64,000 bases of DNA from assembly GCA_964247055.1 (NCBI GenBank), contig OZ176053.1:12896001-12960000 (forward strand). The letters are read 5' to 3'. A program made the position numbers and the translations under genes. Positions 54,101 to 64,000 of the stretch are shown here, piece after piece. Numbering within the stretch: position 1 is the first letter of the stretch; each line of letters starts with the position of its first letter. The DNA is from Paragordius varius. Its lineage: Eukaryota > Animalia > Nematomorpha. Below the pieces are notes generated by a model. The model worked only from the letters and a program-made list of their open reading frames with translations. It did no database searches and was not told the origin of the DNA.

Positions 54101-55620
54101 GACTAGTTTTATACATTAATTTTTAAAGTATCTTTGTAAAAATCGGATATGAAAGAGTTTGTAAACTATTTCTATATTTTGATGTAGTCTTACTAAGAGA
54201 ATGTAAAAAAAATAATTTTGTTAACCGGTGATCAATATCCGATTTTTAAGGACAAAGTTTAACTTGAGTATTGATGCGACTAGTTTTATACATTAATTTT
54301 TAAAGTATTGTTGTAAAAATCGGATATGAAAGAGTTTGTCAAACTATCTCTATATTTTGATGAAGTAGTACTAAAAGAATGTATAAAAATAATTTTGTTC
54401 ACGGTGATCAATATCCGATTTTTAAGGACAAAGTTTAACTTGAGGATTGGTGCGACTAGTTTTATACATTAATTTTTAAAGTATTGTTGTAAAAATCGGA
54501 TATGAAAGAGTTTGTCAAACTATCTCTATATTATGATGTAGTGCTACTAAGAGAATGTATATAAAATCATTTTGTTAACCGGTGATCAATATCCGATTTT
54601 TAAGGACAAAGTTTAACTTGAGTATTGATGCGACTATTTTATACATTAATTTTTAAAGTATTGTTGTAAAAATCGGATATGAAAGAGTTTGTCAAACTAT
54701 CTCTATATTAATGTAGTCTTACTAAGAGAATGTATAAAAAATAATTTTTCTCACCGGTGACCAATATCCGATTTTTAAGGACAAAGTTTAACTTGAGTAT
54801 TGATACGACTAGTTTTATAAATTAATTTTTAAAGTATCGTTGTAAAAATCGGATATGAAAGAGTTTTTCTAACTATCTCTATATTTTAATGTAGTCATAC
54901 TAAGAGAATGTATAAAAAATTATTTTCTTTACCGGCGACTAATATCCGATTTTTAAGGACAAAGTTTAACTTGCTTATTGTCGTATGCTAAATATTACAT
55001 TAATTTTTAAAGTATCGCTTTAAAAATCAGATATTAAAGAGTTTGTCAAACTATCTCTATATATTGATGTAGTTAACTAAGAGAATGTATAAAAAATAAT
55101 TTTGTTCACCGGTGACCAATATCCGATTTTTAAGGACAAAGTTTAACTTGAGTATTGATACGACTAGTTTTATAAATTAATTTTTAAAGTATCGTTGTAA
55201 AAATCGGATATGAAAGAGTTTTTCTAACTATCTCTATATTTTGATGTAGTCATACTAAGAGAATGTATAAAAAATAATTTGTTCACCGGTGACCAATATC
55301 CGATTTATAAGGACAAAGTTTAACTTGAGTATTGATGCGATTAGTTTTATACATTAATTTTAAAAGTATCGTTGTAAAAATCGGATATGAAAGAGTTTGT
55401 CAAACTATCTCTATATTTTGATGTAGTCCTACTAAGAGAATGTATAAAAACTTTTTTCTTTAACGGCGACTAATATCCGATTTTTAAGAACAAAGTTTAA
55501 CTTGCTTATTGTCGTATGCTAAATATTACATTAATTTTTAAAGTATCGCTCTAAAAATCAGATATTAAAGAGTTTGTCAAACTATCTCTATATTTTGATG
55601 TAGTCTTACTAAGAGAATGT
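48200..55620 (+). repeat. Tandem duplication of 21 monomers (3711 bp)
   Basis: Markers 48310/52021, 49103/52814, 50073/53784 and 51362/55073 all have offset 3711. Confidence 0.85.
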
Positions 55621-58600
55621 ATAAAAAATAATTTTGTTCACCGGTGACCAATATCCGATTTTTAAGGACAAAGTTTAACTTGAGTATTGATACGACTAGT
55701 TTTATAAATTAATTTTTAAAGTATCGTTGTAAAAATCGGATATGAAAGAGTTTGTAAACTATTTCTATATTTTGATGTAGTCTTACTAAGAGAATGTAAA
55801 AAAAATAATTTTGTTAACCGGTGATTAATATCCGATTTTTAAGGACAAAGTTTAACTTGAGTATTGATGCGACTAGTTTTATACATTAATTTTTAAAGTA
55901 TTGTTGTAAAAATCGGATATGAAAGAGTTTGTCAAACTATCTCTATATTTTGATGTAGTAGTACTAAAAGAATGTATAAAAATAATTTTGTTCACGGTGA
56001 TCAATATCCGATTTTTAAGGACAAAGTTTAACTTGAGGATTGGTGCGACTAGTTTTATACATTAATTTTTAAAGTATTGTTGCAAAAATCGGATATGAAA
56101 GAGTTTGTCACACTATCTCTATATATTAATGTAGTCTTACTAAGAGAATGTATAAAAAATAATTTTGTTCACCGGTGACCAATATCCGATTTTTAAGGAC
56201 AAAGTTTAACTTGAGTATTGATACGACTAGTTTTATAAATTAATTTTTAAAGTATCGTTGTAAAAATCGGATATGAAAGAGTTTTTCTAACTATCTCTAT
56301 ATTATGATGTAGTCCTACTAAGAGAATGTATATAAAATAATTTTGTTAACCGGTGATCAATATCCGATTTTTAAGGACAAAGTTTAACTTGAGTATTGAT
56401 GCGACTAGTTTTATACATTAATTTTTAAAGTATTGTTGTAAAAATCGGATATGAAAGAGTTTGTCAAACTATCTCTATATATTAATGTAGTCTTACTAAG
56501 AGAATGTATAAAAAATAATTTTGTTCACCGGTGACCAATATCCGATTTTTAAGGACAAAGTTTAACTTGAGTATTGATACGACTAGTTTTATAAATTAAT
56601 TTTTAAAGTATCGTTGTAAAAATCGGATATGAAAGAGTTTTTCTAACTATCTCTATATTTTGATGTAGTCATACTAAGAGAATGTATAAAAAATAATTTG
56701 TTCACCGGTGACCAATATCCGATTTATAAGGACAAAGTTTAACTTGAGTATTGATGCGATTAGTTTTATACATTAATTTTAAAAGTATCGTTGTAAAAAT
56801 CGGATATGAAAGAGTTTGTCAAACTATCTCTATATTTTGATGTAGTCCTACTAAGAGAATGTATAAAAAACTTTTTTCTTTACCGGCGAGTAATATCTGA
56901 TTTTTAAGAAAAAAGTTTAACTTGCTTATTGTCGTATGCTAAATATTACAATAATTTTTAAAGTATCGCTCTAAAAATCAGATATTAAAGAGTTTGTCAA
57001 ACTATCTCTATATTTTGATGTAGTCTTACTAAGAGAATGTATAAAAAATAATTTTGTTCACCGGTGACCAATATCCGATTTTTAAGGACAAAGTTTAACT
57101 TGAGTATTGATACGACTAGTTTTATACATTAATTTTAAAAGTATGGTTGTAAAAATCGGATATGAAAGAGTTTGTCAAACTATCTCTATATTTTGATGTA
57201 GTCCTACTAAGAGAATGTATAAAAAATTATTTTCTTTACCGGCGACTAATATCCGATTTTTAAGGACAAAGTTTAACTTGCTTATTGTCGTATGCTAAAT
57301 ATTACATTAATTTTTAAAGTATCGCTCTAAAAATCAGATATTAAAGAGTTTGTCAAACTATCTCTATATATTGATGTAGTCTTACTAAGAGAATGTATAA
57401 AAAATAATTTTGTTCACCGGTGACCAATATCCGATTTTTAAGGACAAAGTTTAACTTGAGTATTGATACGACTAGTTTTATAAATTAATTTTTAAAGTAT
57501 CGTTGTAAAAATCGGATATGAAAGAGTTTTTCTAACTATCTCTATATTTATGTAGTCATACTAAGAGAATGTATAAAAAATTATTTTCTTTACCGGCGAC
57601 TAATATCCGATTTTTAAGGACAAATTAACCTTGCTTATTGTCGTATGCTAAATATTACATTAATTTTTAAAGTATCGCTCTAAAAATCAGATATTAAAGA
57701 GTTTGTCAAACTATCTCTATATATTGATGTAGTCTTACTAAGAGAATGTATAAAAAAAAATTTTGTTCACCGGTGACCAATATCCGATTTTTAAGGACAA
57801 AGTTTAACTTGAGTATTGATACGACTAGTTTTGTAAATTAATTTTTAAAGTATCGTTGTAAAAATCGGATATGAAAGAGTTTTTCTAACTATCTCTATAT
57901 TTTGATGTAGTCATACTAAGAGAATGTATAAAAAATAATTTGTTCACCGGTGACCAATATCCGATTTATAAGGACAAAGTTTAACTTGAGTATTGATGCG
58001 ATTAGTTTTATACATTAATTTTAAAAGTATCGTTGTAAAAATCGGATATGAAAGAGTTTGTCAAACTATCTCTATATTTTGATGTAGTCCTACTAAGAGA
58101 ATGTATAAAAAACTTTTTTCTTTACCGGCGAGTAATATCTGATTTTTAAGAACAAAGTTTAACTTGCTTATTGTCGTATGCTAAATATTACAATAATTTT
58201 TAAAGTATCGCTCTAATAGATATTAAAGAGTTTGTCAAACTATCTCTATATTTTGATGTAGTCTTACCAAGAGAATGTATAAAAAATAATTTTGTTCACC
58301 GGTGACCAATATCCGATTTTTAAGGACAAAGTTTAACTTGAGTATTGATACGACTAGTTTTATAAATTAATTTTTAAAGTATCGTTGTAAAAATCGGATA
58401 TGAAAGAGTTTTTCTAACTATCTCTATATTTTGATGTAGTCATACTAAGAGAATGTATAAAAAATAATTTGTTCACCGGTGACAATATCCGATTTTTAAG
58501 GACAAAGTTTAACTTGAGTAATGCGACTAGTTTTATACATTAATTTTTAAAGTATCTTTGTAAAAATCGGATATGAAAGAGTTTGTAAACTATTTCTATA

Positions 58601-61019
58601 TTTTGATGTAGTCTTACTAAGAGAATGTAAAAAAAATAATTTTGTTAACCGGTGATCAATATCCGATTTTTAAGGACAAAGTTTAACTTGAGTATTGATG
58701 CGACTAGTTTTATACATTAATTTTTAAAGTATTGTTGTAAAAATCGGATATGAAAGAGTTTGTCAAACTATCTCTATATTTTGATGAAGTAGTACTAAAA
58801 GAATGTATAAAAATAATTTTGTTCACGGTGATCAATATCCGATTTTTAAGGACAAAGTTTAACTTGAGGATTGGTGCGACTAGTTTTATACATTAATTTT
58901 TAAAGTATTGTTGTAAAAATCGGATATGAAAGAGTTTGTCAAACTATCTCTATATTATGATGTAGTGCTACTAAGAGAATGTATATAAAATCATTTTGTT
59001 AACCGGTGATCAATATCCGATTTTTAAGGACAAAGTTTAACTTGAGTATTGATGCGACTATTTTATACATTAATTTTTAAAGTATTGTTGTAAAAATCGG
59101 ATATGAAAGAGTTTGTCAAACTATCTCTATATTAATGTAGTCTTACTAAGAGAATGTATAAAAAATAATTTTTCTCACCGGTGACCAATATCCGATTTTT
59201 AAGGACAAAGTTTAACTTGAGTATTGATACGACTAGTTTTATAAATTAATTTTTAAAGTATCGTTGTAAAAATCGGATATGAAAGAGTTTTTCTAACTAT
59301 CTCTATATTTTGATGTAGTCATACTAAGAGAATGTATAAAAAATAATTTGTTCACCGGTGACCAATATCCGATTTATAAGGACAAAGTTTAACTTGAGTA
59401 TTGATGCGATTAGTTTTATACAGTAATTTTAAAAGTATCGTTGTAAAAATCGGATATGAAAGAGTTTGTCAAACTATCTCTATATTTTGATGTAGTCCTA
59501 CTAAGAGAATGTATAAAAACTTTTTTCTTTACCGACGACTAATATCCGATTTTTAAGAACAAAGTTTAACTTGCTTATTGTCGTATGCTAAATATTACAT
59601 TTATTTTTAAAGTATCGCTCTAAAAATCAGATATTAAAGATTTTGTCAAACTATCTCTATATTTTGATGTAGTCTTACTAAGAGAATGTATAAAAAATAA
59701 TTTTGTTCACCGGTGACCAATATCCGATTTTTAAGGACAAAGTTTAACTTGAGTATTGATACGACTAGTTTTATAAATTAATTTTTAAAGTATCGTTGTA
59801 AAAATCGGATATGAAAGAGTTTTTCTAACTATCTCTATATTTTGATGTAGTCATACTAAGAGAATGTATAAAAAATAATTTGTTCACCGGTGACAATATC
59901 CGATTTTTAAGGACAAAGTTTAACTTGAATGCGACTAGTTTTATACATTAATTTTTAAAGTATCGTTGTAAAAATCGGATATGAAAGAGTTTGTAAACTA
60001 TTTCTATATTTTGATGTAGTCTTACTAAGAGAATGTAAAAAAAATAATTTTGTTAACCGGTGATCAATATCCGATTTTTAAGGACAAAGTTTAACTTGAG
60101 TATTGATGCGACTAGTTTTATATATTAATTTTTAAAGTATTGTTGTAAAAATCGGATATGAAAGAGTTTGTCAAACTATCTCTATATTTTGATGTAGTAA
60201 TACTAAAAGAATGTATAAAAATAATTTTGTTCACGGTGATCAATATCCGATTTTTAAGGACAAAGTTTAACTCGAGGATTGGTGCGACTAGTTTGATACA
60301 TTAATTATTAAAGTATTGTTGTAAAAATCGGATATGAAAGAGTTTGTCAAACTATCTCTATATTATGATGTAGTCTAATAAGAGAATGTATATAAAATAA
60401 TTTTGTTAACCGGTGATCAATATCCGATTTTTAAGGACAAAGTTTAACTTGAGTATTGATACGACTAGTTTTATAAATTAATTTTTAAAGTATCGTTGTA
60501 AAAATCGGATATGAAAGAATTTTTCTAACTATCTCTATATTTTGATGTAGTCATACTAAGAGAATGTATAAAAAATTATTTTCTTTACCGGCGACTAATA
60601 TCCGATTTTTAAGGACAAAGTTTAACTTACTTATTGTCGTATGCTAAATATTACATTAATTTTTAAAGTATCGCTTTAAAAATCAGATATTAAAGAGTTT
60701 GTCAAACTATCTCTATATATTGATGTAGTCTTACTAAGAGAATGTATAAAAAATAATTTTGTTCACCGGTGACCAATATCCGATTTTTAAGGACAAAGTT
60801 TAACAGTATTGATACGACTAGTTTTATAAATTATTTTTAAAGTATCGTTGTAAAAATCGGATATGAAAGAGTTTTTCTAACTATCTCTATATTTTGATGT
60901 AGTCATACTAAGAGAATGTATAAAAAATAATTTGTTCACCGGTGACCAATATCCGATTTATAAGGACAAAGTTTAACTTGAGTTTTGATGCGATTAGTTT
61001 TATACATTAATTTTATATC

Positions 61020-63700
61020 GTTGTAAAAATCGGATATGAAAGAGTTTGTCAAACTATCTCTATATTTTGATGTAGTAGTACTAAAAGAATGTATAAAAAT
61101 AATTTTGTTGAGGGTGATCTATATGCGATTTTTAAGGACAAAGTTTAACTTGAGGATTGGTGCGACTAGTTTTATACATTAATTTTCAAAGTATTGTTGT
61201 AAAAATCGGATATGAAAGAGTTTGTCAAACTATCTCTATATTAAGATGTAGTCCTACTAAGAGAATGTATATAAAATAATTTTTTTACCGGCGAACGATA
61301 TCCGATTTTTATGGACAAAGTTTAAATTGCTTATTGTCGTATGCTAAATTATACATTAATTTTTAAAGTATCGCTGTAATCAGCTATCTAGGAGTTTGTC
61401 AAATTATCTCTATATTTTAATGTAGTCCTACTAAGAGAATGTATAAAAAATAATTTGTTCACCGGTGACCAATATCCGATTTATAAGGACAAAGTTTAAC
61501 TTGAGTATTGATGCGATTAGTTTTATACATTAATTTTATATCGTTGTAAAAATCGGATATGAAAGAGTTTGTCAAACTATCTCTATTTGATGTAGTCCTA
61601 CTAAGAGAATGTATAAAAACTTTTTTCTTTACCGGCGACTAATATCCGATTTTTAAGAACAAAGTTTAACTTGCTTATTGTCGTATGCTAAATATTACAT
61701 TAATTTTTAAAGTATCGCTCTAAAAATCAGATATTAAAGAGTTTGTCAAACTATCTCTATATTTTGATGTAGTCTTACTAAGAGAATGTATAAAAAATAA
61801 TTTTGTTCACCGGTGACCAATATCCGATTTTTAAGGACAAAGTTTAACTTGAGTATTGATACGACTAGTTTTATAAATTAATTTTTAAAGTATCGTTGTA
61901 AAAATCGGATATGAAAGAGTTTTTCTAACTATCTCTATATTTTGATGTAGTCATACTAAGAGAATGTATAAAAAATAATTTGTTCACCGGTGACAATATC
62001 CGATTTTTAAGGACAAAGTTTAACTTGAGTATTGATGCGACTAGTTTTATATATTAATTTTTAAAGTATTGTTGTAAAAATCGGATATGAAAGAGTTTGT
62101 CAAACTATCTCTATATTTTGATGTAGTAGTACTAAAAGAATGTATAAAAATAATTTTGTTGAGGGTGATCTATATGCGATTTTTAACGACAAAGTTTAAC
62201 TTGAGGATTGGTGCGACTAGTTTTATACATTAATTTTCAAAGTATTGTTGTAAAAATCGGATATGAAAGAGTTTGTCAAACTATCTCTATATTAAGATGT
62301 AGTCCTACTAAGAGAATGTATATAAAATAATTTTTTTACCGGCGAACGATATCCGATTTTTATGGACAAAGTTTAAATTGCTTATTGTCGTATGCTAAAT
62401 TATACATTAATTTTTAAAGTATCGCTGTAATCAGCTATCTAGGAGTTTGTCAAATTATCTCTATATTTTAATGTAGTCCTACTAAGAGAATGTATAAAAA
62501 ATAATTTGTTCACCGGTGACCAATATCCGATTTATAAGGACAAAGTTTAACTTGAGTATTGATGCGATTAGTTTTATACATTAATTTTATATCGTTGTAA
62601 AAATCGGATATGAAAGAGTTTGTCAAACTATCTCTATTTGATGTAGTCCTACTAAGAGAATGTATAAAAACTTTTTTCTTTACCAGCGACTAATATCCGA
62701 TTTTTAAGAACAAAGTTTAACTTGCTTATTGTCGTATGCTAAATATTACATTAATTTTTAAAGTATCGCTCTAAAAATCAGATATTAAAGAGTTTGTCAA
62801 ACTATCTCTATATTTTGATGTAGTCTTACTAAGAGAATGTATAAAAAATAATTTTGTTCACCGGTGACCAATATCCGATTTTTAAGGACAAAGTTTAACT
62901 TGAGTATTGATACGACTAGTTTTATAAATTAATTTTTAAAGTATCGTTGTAAAAATCGGATATGAAAGAGTTTTTCTAACTATCTCTATATTTTGATGTA
63001 GTCATACTAAGAGAATGTATAAAAAATAATTTGTTCACCGGTGACAATATCCCATTTTTAAGGACAAAGTTTAACTTGAGTATTGATGCGACTAGTTTTA
63101 TATATTAATTTTTAAAGTATTGTTGTAAAAATCGGATATGAAAGAGTTTGTCAAACTATCTCTATATTTTGATGTAGTAGTACTAAAAGAATGTATAAAA
63201 ATAATTTTGTTCAGGGTGATCTATATGCGATTTTTAAGGACAAAGTTTAACTTGAGGATTGGTGCGACTAGTTTTATACATTAATTTTCAAAGTATTGTT
63301 GTAAAAATCGGATATGAAAGAGTTTGTCAAACTATCTCTATATTAAGATGTAGTCCTACTAAGAGAATGTATATAAAATAATTTTTTTACCGGCGAACGA
63401 TATCCGATTTTTATGGACAAAGTTTAAATTGCTTATTGTCGTATGCTAAATTATACATTAATTTTTAAAGTATCGCTGTAATCAGCTATCTAGGAGTTTG
63501 TCAAATTATCTCTATATTTTAATGTAGTCCTACTAAGAGAATGTATAAAAAATAATTTGTTCACCGGTGACCAATATCCGATTTATAAGGACAAAGTTTA
63601 ACTTGAGTATTGATGCGATTAGTTTTATACATTAATTTTATATCGTTGTAAAAATCGGATATGAAAGAGTTTGTCAAACTATCTCTATATTATGATGTAG
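61020..63700 (+). repeat. 6-monomer higher-order repeat (1051 bp), about 2.5 copies
   Basis: AGGGTGATCTATATGCG is at 61111, 62162 and 63213. GCGAACGATA is at 61291, 62342 and 63393. Confidence 0.85.
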
Positions 63701-64000
63701 TGCTACTAAGAGAATGTATATAAAATCATTTTGTTAACCGGTGATCAATATCCGATTTTTAAGGACAAAGTTTAACTTGATCATGCGACTAGTTTTATAC
63801 ATTAATTTTAAAAGTATGGTTGTAAAAATCGGATATGAAAGAGTTTGTCAAACTATCTCTATATTTTGATGTAGTCCTACTAAGAGAATGTATAAAAAAT
63901 TATTTTCTTTACCGGCGACTAATATCCGATTTTTAAGGACAAAGTTTAACTTGCTTATTGTCGTATGCTAAATATTACATTAATTTTTAAAGTATCGCTC

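Larger units (their letters stand above)
17026..61070 (+). repeat. Macro-duplication: block X (~17.0-32.9 kb) followed by an expanded copy X' (~32.9-61.07 kb)
   Basis: Offset is 15894 for markers 17117, 17414, 17475, 19037, 19979, 20799 and 21546, and 15900 for 25431, 26401 and 27361. It then steps to 23672, 27383, 28272, 27041 and 28097 as internal duplications and deletions are crossed. Confidence 0.75.
11694..64000 (+). repeat. Tandem satellite DNA array, ~178-bp monomer, ~295 head-to-tail copies, continues beyond the window
   Basis: Consensus read by eye (178 nt, 50 G+C): TTAATTTTTAAAGTATCGTTGTAAAAATCGGATATGAAAGAGTTTGTCAAACTATCTCTATATTTTGATGTAGTCCTACTAAGAGAATGTATAAAAAATAATTTTGTTCACCGGTGACCAATATCCGATTTTTAAGGACAAAGTTTAACTTGAGTATTGATGCGACTAGTTTTATACA. 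The GTATCG anchor recurs at 11711, 11889, 12066, 12244, 12425, 12602 and 12779. No ORF in the provided track and no orientation switch seen. Confidence 0.99.

Noticed and set aside
11694-64000. CRISPR array or tandem protein-coding/RNA gene array
   Set aside because: There are no unique spacers, since the whole 178 bp repeats. There are no cas genes and no ORFs in the track, and I saw no tRNA, 5S or snRNA motifs. The context is eukaryotic.
11694-64000. Identity with Arabidopsis CEN178 or primate alpha satellite
   Set aside because: Only the length is similar. I see no sequence resemblance and no canonical CENP-B box.

Overview
This is eukaryotic, very AT-rich DNA with no intact host gene. 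(1) 1-2556 holds the 3' part of an RTE-clade non-LTR retrotransposon: APE endonuclease plus reverse transcriptase, two frameshifts, and a (TAA)8 tail. Its 5' end lies outside the window. (2) 2557-11693 is an AT-rich flank with degenerate inverted-repeat (MITE/foldback-like) elements and a ~655-bp direct duplication whose second copy ends exactly where the satellite begins. (3) 11694-64000 is an uninterrupted head-to-tail array of a ~178-bp satellite (~295 monomers, consensus ~28% GC) that runs off the right edge. The monomer is rich in dyad symmetry: a 14-bp inverted repeat encloses three small hairpins, and one variant shows a compensatory arm change. The array has nested higher-order duplications that can be read from rare marker variants (533, 1051, 1231, ~2470, ~3712, 4071, 6891, 7772 and ~15.9 kb offsets), with older shared variants at both ends. 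The best interpretation is the edge of a candidate centromeric or heterochromatic satellite domain. This is inference: neither the function nor the host taxon can be proven from sequence alone. All alignments and offsets were read by eye.
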